From positions 1 through 54,085 of the IMG/VR virus record IMGVR_UViG_3300030330_004653: a stretch of DNA of 54,085 bases. One strand, written 5' to 3'. The notes under the pieces were generated by a model. The model did not search any database, was not told the origin of the DNA, and saw nothing but the letters and a program-made list of their open reading frames with translations. This document shows positions 36,401 to 44,600 of the stretch, piece by piece (the stretch's first letter is position 1; every line of letters starts with the position of its first letter). Both the position numbers and the translations under genes were made by a program. Source of the stretch: a virus. Lineage: Duplodnaviria > Caudoviricetes.

Positions 36401-38858
36401 TATGAATATCCTGAGAGGTGGCTTGCCAGCAGATGTAATGGCAGACTTAGTCGTTGTGGGTCTGGATAAGATGGTAGATGGGGCCACTGACTTTAAGAAT
36501 TTTAGAGAGGCCATGCAGGCTGAACTACAGCAGGAGATTGACGAGAAAGATTTTCGCAAGCTCTTTGTCCAGACGCAGCGTGAGTTTGGGAGCGAAAAGA
36601 AGCAAGCTCGCGTAGATTTCAGACAGCTCAAAACAATAGATGACTTTTTGAGTTCAGTAGAAAATGATCCAGAGATGCAGCAGTATGAGCAGGTGACTGC
36701 CTTAGTCGATGCGATTAGTAAGATGTCCAACTTGACTGAACAGGCTCAGGTAAGTGTTGGTCAGCAGATCCAACAGGTCATAGATCGCATGGAGCCGAAA
36801 AGGCTGACGGGATACCTGACTGCTGTATTAAACACAGCCAGATTGCTCGCACCAAAAACTGCCCTAAGAAATATCATTGGCAACCAGCTCTTGTGGAATG
36901 CGGAACAATTAGCAACGGTTGTGGCCGCAGGCATCGACAGGGCAGGAAGTGCTGTTACCGGAAGCGATAGAGATATTGTGCTTACGGGACAGGCAAGTGA
37001 TGTGCTCCCAGTTGTGAAGTATTTGAAAGGGATTCCTGTCTACGGATTTAAAGGGTCCATGCAAAAGGTTGCACCAGAGCTTATAGAAGGTGCTCGGTCA
37101 GGATATGCAGGGGAGTCTCCTGCTGGCCTACCTACGCAGGCAGACCTGCCTTTGGGACTAACCTTTGATACCATGAGCGAAGACTTTAGGCGTTTGCAGA
37201 ATATTGAAACGCCTGTCGTAGGCACAGCTCTGCGAGGAACCTATAGAGTTGGGCGTGTACTGGAAGGATTGATGAGTGCTCAATTGAGAGGCTTTGACCT
37301 CGCAGCCTACATGAGGGCTTATAACACAGTCATGCGCGAGCAGGCAACGATTGCATTGACTAATCAGGATAGACAATTTGAGAGTGAACAGGAAAGAGAA
37401 GCGTGGATAAACAATTGGATATCCACAGCCGATGATAGCGTGCAAGGTGTCGCTGATCAGTATGGTCGATATGTGACCTTTCAAGACGATACGGATTTAG
37501 CCCAAGGAGCCATTCTTCTTAAACGCGCTCTTAATGGAGATTCTCGTCTTTTTAAAGGTAGGCTCAAGGCAAAGGACTCTCCAGACGAATCAAGATCTGT
37601 TCGCAGTATTATGCTTGGGGAGTTTGTAATTGCTTACCCAAGAGTTCCTGCGAACATTATAAACCGAGGACTTGCATACAGCCCATTTGGTGTTCTCAGA
37701 TCGATAAAACAATATCGTGATGCTGCAAAATTAGCAGAAGGTGGTCCTAAAAATTTGCGCGAAGCAAAAATGGCATTCAGCCGTGCATTAATAGGATCTG
37801 GGGTCACTGCATTGACTTATAAATTGGCCGAGTTGGGTTTAATGTCAGGCGAAGAGGAAGAGGAGCCACGCGCAAGAGATATAAAGCGTGATATTACAGG
37901 AGAAACAAAGTATCAAATAAATGTAACTGGCCTTGCTCGCTACTTGGATGGCTATTTCGATACGGGCGTTTTCTCTGACGCGCTGGCTACCGCACGGCAA
38001 GGTGACAAACTTATAACGTATGATTGGGCGCAGCCCTTAGCTATAAGCATGTCCTTTGGGGTAAATGCTTTTCAAGCCGTTGAACGTAAAGGGAGGAAGA
38101 GGAGGGTTAAGAGTATAGATGGAGCTTCTTTCATAGATGTTCCATTGGAAGGGTTGAGGGGTGGTATAAGGACCGTTGAAGAAATGCCAATGCTAACAGG
38201 CTTGAGAGACTTGATGGGCGTTAATTACGGCAGTAATAGCCTGACCGAAAATCTTATTGAGATAGCCTTAATAGCCCCATCTGGTTTTGTGCCGCAAGTA
38301 ATTAATCAGGTAAGGCAATTCACAGATAACACAAGAAGAGATGCGTATACAGGCAACGCTCTTCAAAGAGCTGTGAATAGGACATTCAACAGGTTGCCCT
38401 TTGTCTCTGAGTTGCTCAACGAAACATATAAGTCTATTGGCAAAGATATGCCCAGAGAAATATATACCGCTGGAACAAATAGCTTTTTTAATGTCTTTTT
38501 GAATCCAGCGTTTGTGACTGAGTATATGCCCGTTTTTAAGGATGATCCAGAATTAGGTGACCTTGCACTGATGATGCTGGAACCATATGAAGAAACTGGG
38601 ACTGTTAAATCTTTACCTCAAAGAGTTCCGAGAGTAATAAAAGTTGATGGTGTTCAGTATGAATTATCCTCAGATGATAAGACAAAGCTGCAAAACGTCA
38701 TGGCAAATACTATAACGTCTTTAGCCCAAGATCGTAAAAACGTGATAAAAAACGCCTCTCCAGAAGGTCAATTAAAAATCTTAGGAAAAATAATGGAGAT
38801 AGGGGGGGAGCAGATGCGAAACTACTTTAAGAAAAATATGATGAAGGAATACAAATAA
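27405..38858 (+). CDS. 3817-aa large polyvalent (probably injected) protein with JAB/RadC-like, HhH-glycosylase-like and zincin-like domains
   Basis: HNHPSG...S.AD; GMENKLISF...DVLVLDR; HQFSH; HDFFGH; G/A-rich segment near the N-terminus. Confidence 0.85.
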   Translation: MPLTPEEKERLLSRKRELELGVTQPSTGLTSEEKERLLKRKRELELGITQPPAGATPRQQRLANTFSAGMSPPTQPTPERTFGSVRGRTRARDTGQITRPVVSPPPLITEPPSPLDYFDKLSRSYDLSSQRMDLQSNVLDLTKLNLTDDEKVARANELVVQRDKIDQELSTMESDSYIGDIGIMAASIAPSIVETTKRSLYGAGSGAAIGGVTAGPVGALAGAKTGFVTGGLVYTANEGYGAAYLDAIKDGRSHEVAVATATGFAPVYAALSRLQIGNVLNSVLGKSLNKKVASDIMPSVYNKFVNKAEELGKRAGPVGTTAARITADTVVETFSEVAQDYANLSARELASRYEEGEGLSKQEWDRSIGDYMDMAVALSVITGTPTAAMAGIDRGVKVKNAKKLIKASNPEFLENDLGVDTSQKVGNQVRQVISMMEDGSLKQRIEASRSLGDEQGLGSTPQILTDDEVSSIRNKSIELAVKQGFEPDSPALQKRVESAIAAANISLDRYQEIDTFLTDALKELAVENPLWDDTRTSFVRAEREADFQADMLSTDGKPTGARVYVKTKPDGITEAIITDANNQALTPIVDKSYDEVVRQLQYYGDANVGSLIVNKDNIEIVGRDEQAVAQQVANRSKPDVRRIHQWRETEVQGPLQEGGAESEVQRTPETVEDAGPVFGEETSKAAFLTQQLQIVEGTNDVAAQRQIISGIQDLVAKGEISQRMYEAAIRKLPARFDDILFPELEAQRERDLQQRVRDREEREVSEQAEADRIARQQSAVGIPDETRQSNVRQAQEDRPVEGMENIIDPTGGMTLREDAEDFLLDELLDDSDPSPTQEEQPATPRVSDTVVQEPQVEPEPTPEVTEQEDARGRESVRTYDESDPSPPVSHVGTALPEVEQPIVSVRETEAATGRRASGQTSLIGKRVSDAKSLGLAFEPLRNTQSEWTYIVLRNGDTGEILSVDGHSFNLPAQSPSARDFAISRRGDARFREQLRDRVSRLRSRTGGANVIADVVHNHPSGNAMPSGADIELTREFAELFDPIDGVSFGEHTIVNTGEASSIQRDGTWSLYDIYDNQPLTDSGLTIADVDMLKDDPELNNRRAAARRRDPLLGLYSRTDVIDALFGGGAGDATSMDMLRGVSNAQIGQYLKHDQGKLALGVILDSKNNVRNAVPFDVNLLSNPEEFGRWSRNRRIENAGRRMVVYYGAHDEESQIGVDQFKELVAPSIESGDVFDAVYTSARERGIRGEVGLESTATLPDTAVDAPRISTADGTLLEPEAAPIEGAISELLEGDSGRIKRDLNFETLSEDAVKIAEEISDELQLINPDPAPTPEKFITGYRLMQAKPTSEAADDLFSLYVLNTTPVVQGEWVLAKSGPRMESGRVKATINKGKGLAWRGGWHSGSLPASTHIGGMGVQNAYYELYGITADNKKPSPVYRRAKENWVEVSIPDDVDWQSVADSRAVINEETGRPDPKTAHITDQVPYGGHYKYKTNPNMTGSWLISGSMKINRRLDRDEVVRLGEEGGMVDLPLLPDWIRENNVRFEHLTGEAQKELAQVYPDDLESIYGRANAEEIFRQLEQAKVDDPSTKKKTVTKLPQPRKPDKRPLRYPDTLQEEADPLPVFKENTTGSKKRGEFVPASRSKAKGGNVKAFEVGDRIRLEHPNPLTSESEFDAWLGKVVGIEKTTDQVTAPVQAIEWANDSDSIAEYVGGLLADDMRNLANEGLDYSRERAEMYANGEMTVYDTIHHYMWNILSTGTSPYEQEAAYLETLVPENLERLYDIFEKCIETKGEYIRPAKKGVKNRDINKFINQRLAIQHSGRPSAGSKNMFNSFFRYLGAITGPAEGADADGRSVIQYLHDMLSDPNLSGREIRRNFFNSLPRDKSVGMENKLISFMLLTSGKFDVLVLDRVQTRNLWGAQYPKNLVYSDGKEEIDVYDLVDSKLFHGPRGAVFYEALEDALAPSIKEGYSKIGRAEDGNVGTFHWESYSIAGDMAVPHRTLGASIDRARGKDPKEIFAGSSTRQGKLDKSETGISYTPLTTGEARFFYTLRNGERVVLDQRRRNLFVKRDLEKLINKAKRDKGIEFDGVSEKRYDESGKQVSWLQYLGEAYEEQFEEAVRKRAVEVLPAIEDVPSDPARSGRYTRLEEEAAPFGEEQGQDLLESATQELAAQEKPVASGQQIDFDTINYGPSFPLASEMASLDRQSLDRVTDRLSSFYPDYTAVTDQGSFDQRATELGRKPEKIAGFVDRETSTVFINPSLAKSDTPLHQFSHIWLDRLQTDSPELYDQATELVRRSPYYERASKAGFGVFAEEEALAQLIGEKGAGFIDGGQATRKDKGIIKRLMAQIAKIAKRFFKTSKAIDVNEMTLEDFVEGAVDAVTQNRPMQTRAGVPSRNTEYRQKRAELDRISFGGNMFYEPIDDVARIADEYMESKGLGELRDRRILKVPAAQGKAIADVYDAMEHDPRNPVVLQAYQDMANETMEQFEAILKEGYEVELFSEGVEPYKSSRDMIDDVRENKHMFVFATDQESSYGKDGITPELRAESPLLADSGYKDINGKTLLINDVFRFVHDFFGHAKRGNGFGQDGEENAWEAHSQMYTDNARRAMTSETRGQNSWVNFGPQLRLPNGKLPTKTHPEYKPIPERDFADQKNNLMPDEIVFPERFKPDVLLEEATPLAEDADPLGGDIPDPMQRRLDEIFAGVEKPAQTPPQEAAEDQGDITPDQPLEAATEAPAPPQGTEERGFAETLTEQGRTPPEGEGRFYRPQTNLETRRQAENIYIKDGIGGVRSALGDSEGDPPSALRTALGIVAYTHYESEAKAFQEQGDTRRAEGAREEAISIANLVSKRLTSAGQATQAASMISMLDPDTIGLWAQRKIDRINERYNLKGKKKRELPEEDKEKLKDLADKGQQLVDLNKSQQEVNEAMTKAIENEPLTTEDIAIITEYRDKATALLVGEPVPEETKVKRTPKDTVRRILTAKIKNRAANARQRLRDMNILRGGLPADVMADLVVVGLDKMVDGATDFKNFREAMQAELQQEIDEKDFRKLFVQTQREFGSEKKQARVDFRQLKTIDDFLSSVENDPEMQQYEQVTALVDAISKMSNLTEQAQVSVGQQIQQVIDRMEPKRLTGYLTAVLNTARLLAPKTALRNIIGNQLLWNAEQLATVVAAGIDRAGSAVTGSDRDIVLTGQASDVLPVVKYLKGIPVYGFKGSMQKVAPELIEGARSGYAGESPAGLPTQADLPLGLTFDTMSEDFRRLQNIETPVVGTALRGTYRVGRVLEGLMSAQLRGFDLAAYMRAYNTVMREQATIALTNQDRQFESEQEREAWINNWISTADDSVQGVADQYGRYVTFQDDTDLAQGAILLKRALNGDSRLFKGRLKAKDSPDESRSVRSIMLGEFVIAYPRVPANIINRGLAYSPFGVLRSIKQYRDAAKLAEGGPKNLREAKMAFSRALIGSGVTALTYKLAELGLMSGEEEEEPRARDIKRDITGETKYQINVTGLARYLDGYFDTGVFSDALATARQGDKLITYDWAQPLAISMSFGVNAFQAVERKGRKRRVKSIDGASFIDVPLEGLRGGIRTVEEMPMLTGLRDLMGVNYGSNSLTENLIEIALIAPSGFVPQVINQVRQFTDNTRRDAYTGNALQRAVNRTFNRLPFVSELLNETYKSIGKDMPREIYTAGTNSFFNVFLNPAFVTEYMPVFKDDPELGDLALMMLEPYEETGTVKSLPQRVPRVIKVDGVQYELSSDDKTKLQNVMANTITSLAQDRKNVIKNASPEGQLKILGKIMEIGGEQMRNYFKKNMMKEYK

Positions 38859-38931
38859 AGCGCAGTTGGCTTAAAAGCATTAGTTAATTAACTTCTATAT
38901 AGGGGCGGCATCCTCTAAAAAATAGATACGC

Positions 38932-38971
38932 AAAGTCTCGGCATAGACTGTCGGGACTTTTTTATTTTTTT
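38932..38971 (+). terminator. Intrinsic terminator
   Basis: AAAGTCTCGGCA-TAGAC-TGTCGGGACTTT followed by a T-run. Confidence 0.75.
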
Positions 38972-38980
38972 GGAGGAACA

Positions 38981-41812
38981 ATGGCAACAATATCAAGGGT
39001 TCATACGTTCTCAACGGGCGAGGTTTTAACCGCAGCCAACCTGAACGGGGAACTCAATCTAATCGTTTCTGCAATTAACGGGAATATAGATGCCGATAAT
39101 GTAGATACGTCTGCAATACCTACCCTTACAGCCACCCAAACACTTACCAATAAGACCCTAACCAGTCCTAAGATAGGCACGGCTGTCTTAGATACGGCTG
39201 GTGCAGAGCTGATAAAGCTGACTGCTACAGGCAGTGCAGTAAACGAGCTGACTATCGCTAACGCAGCAACTGGCAACTCTCCCACTATCAGTTCAACTGG
39301 GGATGATACAAACATCGACCTAACCCTTTCCGGTAAGGGAACGGGCAAAGTAATTGTGTCGGGAGATCTGCAAGTATCCGGTGACGATCTTTTTATGGGG
39401 ACCAACACATCCGGTCATGTCCTCATAGCAGATGGAACCAACTTCAATCCCACAGCTTTAAGCGGGGACGTAACCGTCAACTCTTCTGGGACCACGGCTA
39501 TTGAGTCGGGTGTCATTGTAGATGCAGATGTCAACGCTTCAGCCGCTATCGCACAGTCAAAGCTGGCTCTGGCAGTCACAACCAGTGAGATCGCAGCGGC
39601 CACTCTGGTAACAGAGTCTGAAGGGATCGGCAGCAATGATAACGACACAACCCTACCAACCAGTGCTGCTGTAAAAGATTATGTAGATACTCAGATTTTA
39701 ACTGAGGACACAATAGAAGAGTTAAATGACACTAATATTGTATTACCCCAATCTGGTCAGCTTTTAATTTATGACGGGTCTGATAGTTGGGATAATAAAA
39801 GTTTTGGTGGTGATGTTTTAATTGCTGCTGATGGAACAACGTCAATCAATTCTGACGTTATAGTAAATGCAGACATCAAAAGCGATGCTGCTATTGCTGA
39901 CAGCAAACTTGCTACAATATCTACATCGAACAAGGTTTCTGGATCTGCTGTTCAATTAGCCTCAACAACTGCTATAGAAGATTCTTCTGGCCTACAAATA
40001 AAAAGCGCAATTGCAGGGACTGGGTTAAGCCTTTCAAGCCAAGTCCTTTCTGTAGACGCTGCACAAACGCAGATAACTTCAGTCGGGACATTATCGTCTT
40101 TGACTGTTGGTGGCAATATAGTCAGTGATACAGACGGGACAGACGATTTAGGGTTGACTGGCACGCGCTGGAGATACGTCTACGCTGATGATATAGCAAT
40201 CACCAATGACTTAGCGGTGACAGAGGGCGGTACTGGTGCGTCAACTGCTTCGGCGGCGCGTACAAATTTGGGCGTTGCTATCGGATCGGATGTTCAGGCA
40301 TATGACGCAGGGTTGGCAGACATTGCAGGGCTTGCCACTTCAGATGGGAACATCATCGTTGGAAGTGGGAGTAACTGGGTAGCTGAATCGGGAGCAACTG
40401 CACGCACTTCATTAGGACTCGGTTCAATAGCAACACAAGCATCTGACAGTGTAAGCATAACGGGTGGTTCGGTTGCAGGCATAACAGATATAACCGTGGC
40501 CGATGGCGGCACTGGAGCGAGTAACGCATCAGGTGCAAGAACTAATTTAGGCGTAGCTATCGGATCAGACGTACAGGCATACGATGCAGGTTTAGCTGAC
40601 ATTGCCGCTCTCGCTACCACCGATGGTAATATTATTGTGGGCAGTGGTAGCAACTGGGTTGCAGAGTCGGGTGCAACAGCTCGCACATCGCTTGGCTTAG
40701 GCTCTATAGCAACGCAAGCAGCCGACAATGTAAGCATATCAGGCGGTTCACTTACGGGCATGACATCGTATAGCGGAGGAAGTTTTTCGGGCACTACGGG
40801 GACGTTCAGCGGTGATTTAGCAATCAATTCCGATACGTTATTCGTTGACGTTTCCGCAGACAAAGTTTCGATAAATGCAGGCACGACTCCTTCCAGTACG
40901 CTTCATATACAAAACACAGGAACGAGCGCATACGCTGTCGAGGTAGATGCGTCCGATGGTGGTAACCTTTGGGGCGTGTTTGAGGATAGCGGTGGCGCAG
41001 GTCAATCGTATTTACGCGATGCGAATGGCGATCCTAAAGTGGTTCTAAACTCAGTGGGTGATTCGTATTTCATAGGGGGTAATGTTGGCATAGGCACGGC
41101 ATCGCCTACAAGCCCTGCCAGATTGCATGTGCAAGGTGCGGATGGCGCAGTGGCATCATCTGACCATTCTGGTGACGCGCATGTAATTATTGAAAACGAT
41201 GGTCAGACATTTTTAGAAATGTCTACGGGAAATGACGATCTTGCAGGGCTAACATTTAGTGATCCAGATGCTGCAACAAAAGGCGGGTATTTATATAGCC
41301 ACACAAACGATTATTTACACTTACAAGCTGACGGTAGTATACGTGTTCGCATTGACAGCGATGGGTTGAAGTTTGGTACATCGACTGCCGCAGCGAATGC
41401 GCTGGATTCGTACGAAGAGGGTACGATAACGCCAACGTTAACCCCCTCGACAAGCGGATCAATAACAACGGGTAATAGTCGCGTTACGCTGCAATACACG
41501 AAAATTGGCAATGTGGTGCATATACAGGGGTTTCTGGAAGTGACTGCTGTCAGCAGCCCTGTCGGAAACATACAGGTGCCAACAGGGTTTACGCCTGCTG
41601 GCACACAAACAAGCAGTATAACTGGAGGGATATGTTTGGTTTCCAGTTCATCTAATTCTCTGAAAGTGAACCAATACACAATAACTGCCAATCCAGCAAA
41701 TACATATTTAACGATTGTCCCAACGGATGGTGGGGTATTCGCTGGAGACGCTGCACAGAGCATTGGCAGTACGGCTGATATCTATATCAACATCACTTAT
41801 ATAGTAGCATAG
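38981..41812 (+). CDS. Tail fibre / receptor-binding protein
   Basis: QTLTNKTLTSP, GGTGAS...ARTNLG, GNVGIGT.SP and LDSYEEGT.TP...YTKIGNVV motifs. Confidence 0.9.
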   Translation: MATISRVHTFSTGEVLTAANLNGELNLIVSAINGNIDADNVDTSAIPTLTATQTLTNKTLTSPKIGTAVLDTAGAELIKLTATGSAVNELTIANAATGNSPTISSTGDDTNIDLTLSGKGTGKVIVSGDLQVSGDDLFMGTNTSGHVLIADGTNFNPTALSGDVTVNSSGTTAIESGVIVDADVNASAAIAQSKLALAVTTSEIAAATLVTESEGIGSNDNDTTLPTSAAVKDYVDTQILTEDTIEELNDTNIVLPQSGQLLIYDGSDSWDNKSFGGDVLIAADGTTSINSDVIVNADIKSDAAIADSKLATISTSNKVSGSAVQLASTTAIEDSSGLQIKSAIAGTGLSLSSQVLSVDAAQTQITSVGTLSSLTVGGNIVSDTDGTDDLGLTGTRWRYVYADDIAITNDLAVTEGGTGASTASAARTNLGVAIGSDVQAYDAGLADIAGLATSDGNIIVGSGSNWVAESGATARTSLGLGSIATQASDSVSITGGSVAGITDITVADGGTGASNASGARTNLGVAIGSDVQAYDAGLADIAALATTDGNIIVGSGSNWVAESGATARTSLGLGSIATQAADNVSISGGSLTGMTSYSGGSFSGTTGTFSGDLAINSDTLFVDVSADKVSINAGTTPSSTLHIQNTGTSAYAVEVDASDGGNLWGVFEDSGGAGQSYLRDANGDPKVVLNSVGDSYFIGGNVGIGTASPTSPARLHVQGADGAVASSDHSGDAHVIIENDGQTFLEMSTGNDDLAGLTFSDPDAATKGGYLYSHTNDYLHLQADGSIRVRIDSDGLKFGTSTAAANALDSYEEGTITPTLTPSTSGSITTGNSRVTLQYTKIGNVVHIQGFLEVTAVSSPVGNIQVPTGFTPAGTQTSSITGGICLVSSSSNSLKVNQYTITANPANTYLTIVPTDGGVFAGDAAQSIGSTADIYINITYIVA

Positions 41813-41823
41813 GAGACTGACAA

Positions 41824-42078
41824 ATGGCACTGAGCGAACGCACAGAACAAGATAAAATAGAAATCGTGGGACAGCATAGAATCATACAGGTCAGAACGGC
41901 CACTGTTGTAGAGCGCGATGGTGTGGAGCTAACTCGCGCATTTAGCCGCAAAGCATTTGCGCCAAATGCAGACGTTTCTGAAGAAAGCGCAGAAGTGCGC
42001 GGCATAGCTGACGTAGTATGGACACAGGAAATCAAAGATGCGTATGCGGCACACATCGCATCACAGCAAATAGGATAA
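41824..42078 (+). CDS. Tail-fibre-associated small protein (possible chaperone)
   Basis: DKIE.V....IQVR......DG.E.R...VWT pattern, usually found after this type of fibre. Confidence 0.75.
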   Translation: MALSERTEQDKIEIVGQHRIIQVRTATVVERDGVELTRAFSRKAFAPNADVSEESAEVRGIADVVWTQEIKDAYAAHIASQQIG

Positions 42079-42216
42079 TAAGCCATGGCTTATACGCACG
42101 TACTAACTATAAGCAAAGAGCGAAAAGCACCTTGGGCCGCTTAATGCGCGCAATTCAGCGCATTGGGATGGCGTATCTCAACGCAATGATGGACGCATAT
42201 AAAAGGGATTGAGGAA

Positions 42217-42630
42217 ATGCCGTATCTGCCGCCCGAGCGAATAGCGTCACCAACGGAATTGAGAGACAGCTATCGCAGGGCATTGGAAGAAATCAAAACG
42301 CTACGCAAAGCCGCTCAAGCCGAGCGTTATGCAAGTCGAGAGAATCGCAAAGAAGCGTTGGAAGGTCGTAAAGTCGTAAAAAAATTAAACAAAGATATTC
42401 TTACATTAACAAAAAAAGAAAAGGCCCAAGAGGAAGCGTCTAAATGTGGCTATTGGTCAGGGGCCGCAACTGTATGTGTCACAATGCTTTACGAAGCATG
42501 GCGCGTGGTGGGATTTCCGGGCGGTGGCGCGTGGCGAGCTTGGTGGGAACATGAGGCGTTATATGGGGCGATCTGCTGGGTTACCACAATGACGTTCGCA
42601 TCTTTTTATAAAGCAACACAAGGACGGTAA
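42217..42630 (+). CDS. Coiled-coil membrane protein (lysis-module candidate)
   Basis: N-terminal coiled-coil and two C-terminal hydrophobic segments. Confidence 0.65.
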   Translation: MPYLPPERIASPTELRDSYRRALEEIKTLRKAAQAERYASRENRKEALEGRKVVKKLNKDILTLTKKEKAQEEASKCGYWSGAATVCVTMLYEAWRVVGFPGGGAWRAWWEHEALYGAICWVTTMTFASFYKATQGR

Positions 42631-42635
42631 GGGTA

Positions 42636-42884
42636 ATGGAGACGGCAGCAGTAGATCCTTTAGCGACTATGCTCCTAACAGGGGGAGGGAGTGCGGGAAC
42701 AATGGGGCTCTTGATGTATTTATTTATGAATAAGTTTAAAAATGGCAACAATAACGGGAGCCCAGATAGTGGGATGAAAGAAGTGTGCCACAAACTCGAC
42801 CAGACGAACGAATTGCTAAACGAGCTGCTGCGGTCTCAGGCACGCACTGAAGGACTGTTACAGAATCTAAATCATAGAGGGTAA
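42636..42884 (+). CDS. Holin-like membrane protein
   Basis: N-terminal hydrophobic segment followed by a coiled-coil. Confidence 0.55.
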   Translation: METAAVDPLATMLLTGGGSAGTMGLLMYLFMNKFKNGNNNGSPDSGMKEVCHKLDQTNELLNELLRSQARTEGLLQNLNHRG

Positions 42885-42888
42885 AATA

Positions 42889-43041
42889 ATGATTGATATA
42901 AAGAATGTATTGAAACGTAAAGCAGCAAAACAAATAGCAATAATAATTATTGTTGCGGTCCTATCGGCTATTGGTTTTTCAACAGACCTTGCGAGGGATG
43001 TAGCAGAAGAGACAGTTGAAATTATCGAAGAAACTAAATGA
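42889..43041 (+). CDS. 50-aa single-pass membrane protein (MIDIKNVLKRKAAKQIAIIII...)
   Basis: Translated by hand; GAGGG RBS; ATGA overlap with the next gene. Confidence 0.6.
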   Translation: MIDIKNVLKRKAAKQIAIIIIVAVLSAIGFSTDLARDVAEETVEIIEETK

Positions 43042-43913
43042 AGCCATTTATAAAGCGATTAAGTGAGCAGTGTGTCTCTTACGAATACGATGGCCTGTCG
43101 AATAGGGAATACTCCATTTTATTCCAGTCCGACCAACACTTCGACAGCGTGGACTGCAATAGGGATCTGCTCAATAAACACTTAACGCAAGTAAAAGACA
43201 TGGGATCGACCTGCTTTATGTTGGGTGATCTCTTTGATGGGATGGGAACGCAGGGCGATAAGAGAGGGAGCAAGTCAACCTTAAGACCGGAGCTAAAGCA
43301 GGCAAGCTACTTGAATGCGTTGGTTGATGAGGCAGTCAAACTCCTTACGCCCTATGCCAATAACATAGCAGCTATAGCAAGAGGCAACCATGAAGAGTCC
43401 CTCTTAAAATACACTGAGTTTGATGTGCTCTCTGCAACCATCCAACGTCTTAATACGGAGACGGGAAGCAGTATAATACCCATGGGCTATACAGGTTGGA
43501 TATTCCTTCGCCCCATGAGGAAGCGTCATACCAAAGGGAGCATGCAACCCGTAAAGACTATCAAGATTGCTTACACACATGGGCATACTGGAGGGGTCGT
43601 TACGAGAGGTGTGTTGGGAGTCAACAGAAAGAGCTTAGTATACCCAGATGCAAATATAATTATCTCCGGTCACTTACATGAAAGCTGGCAAATGGAGATA
43701 TGCAGAAACCGAATCACAAAGAGTGGGAATGTGGAAATTGATAGTCAGTTGCACTGCCAGCTCCCGACATATAAACAGAATCCTGAAGATGGCAGAGGGT
43801 GGGAGCACATGAAGGGTTTTGCACCTCGCCCTCTGGGAGGATACTGGATCGACCTTTCGTATGTGATGAGTGCCAAGCACGACATTGAATACAATTTAAG
43901 GAGGGCATCTTAG
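43038..43913 (+). CDS. Calcineurin-like metallophosphoesterase
   Basis: Motifs SDQH, GDLFD, GNHE, THGH and GHLH. Confidence 0.9.
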   Translation: MKPFIKRLSEQCVSYEYDGLSNREYSILFQSDQHFDSVDCNRDLLNKHLTQVKDMGSTCFMLGDLFDGMGTQGDKRGSKSTLRPELKQASYLNALVDEAVKLLTPYANNIAAIARGNHEESLLKYTEFDVLSATIQRLNTETGSSIIPMGYTGWIFLRPMRKRHTKGSMQPVKTIKIAYTHGHTGGVVTRGVLGVNRKSLVYPDANIIISGHLHESWQMEICRNRITKSGNVEIDSQLHCQLPTYKQNPEDGRGWEHMKGFAPRPLGGYWIDLSYVMSAKHDIEYNLRRAS

Positions 43914-44038
43914 GAGAAAGGTGCGTGTGGGGGGGGGGATTTATTTATTTTTGAATAAACCCCAGATGTTTTGATATTGATTTACCAGTCTCGTCAATCT
44001 TAAATTATTTTTACAATTTCAAAAAGGAGGGAGGAAAA

Positions 44039-44224
44039 ATGATGGATGCACAAATCTCGGATCGGCTAAATGAGTTGACCGAGCGAAGGGATCAGCTTGC
44101 GGCAGGGGTGCAAAAAGGGCTGACAGAATTAGAGCAGTTGAATGGAGCGATAGCGGTCTTGGGAGAGTTTGTCAACCAAGAAGATGAGGGAAAAACACTT
44201 CAAGATGATAAGATAGGGGAATAG
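44039..44224 (+). CDS. Small coiled-coil protein
   Basis: Strong GGAGG RBS. Confidence 0.7.
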   Translation: MMDAQISDRLNELTERRDQLAAGVQKGLTELEQLNGAIAVLGEFVNQEDEGKTLQDDKIGE

Positions 44225-44228
44225 ATCT

Positions 44229-44555
44229 GTGATAGGAGACAACCATAGCGGTGAAGATCGTGAATTGTGTCGGCTATATATTCCTGAAGATATATTAGAG
44301 CAAGGTTCCAATATGAAAAGCTCTTTGGCATTTTTCAGTCATCAAATGACTAAAGTGGTCGATATGCTTGAATATGCAGCCAGAGGGTGCGAGCCTATTG
44401 AAGAAGAAGATCCTGTTGAAATGATAAAAGAATGTAGAAGTAGAGCTTTGGATATGTGGGCTTTCAGCAATATCATCCTAAGTGGATCTACTTCGGACAG
44501 CGATATGATGCGGTGGTTTATAGATCAGAAGAAAGAGCTGAAAGAGCAGACATAG
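44229..44555 (+). CDS. Hypothetical protein
   Basis: ORF ending at the convergent hairpin. Confidence 0.65.
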   Translation: MIGDNHSGEDRELCRLYIPEDILEQGSNMKSSLAFFSHQMTKVVDMLEYAARGCEPIEEEDPVEMIKECRSRALDMWAFSNIILSGSTSDSDMMRWFIDQKKELKEQT

Positions 44556-44597
44556 ATAACCCCCCCCCAACTCTGGGTGGAGTTGGGGGGGGGTTAT
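44556..44597. terminator. Hairpin between the convergent late block and the integrase
   Basis: ATAAC(C)nAACTC-TGGGTG-GAGTT(G)nTTAT inverted repeat. Confidence 0.7.
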
Positions 44598-44600
44598 GTT

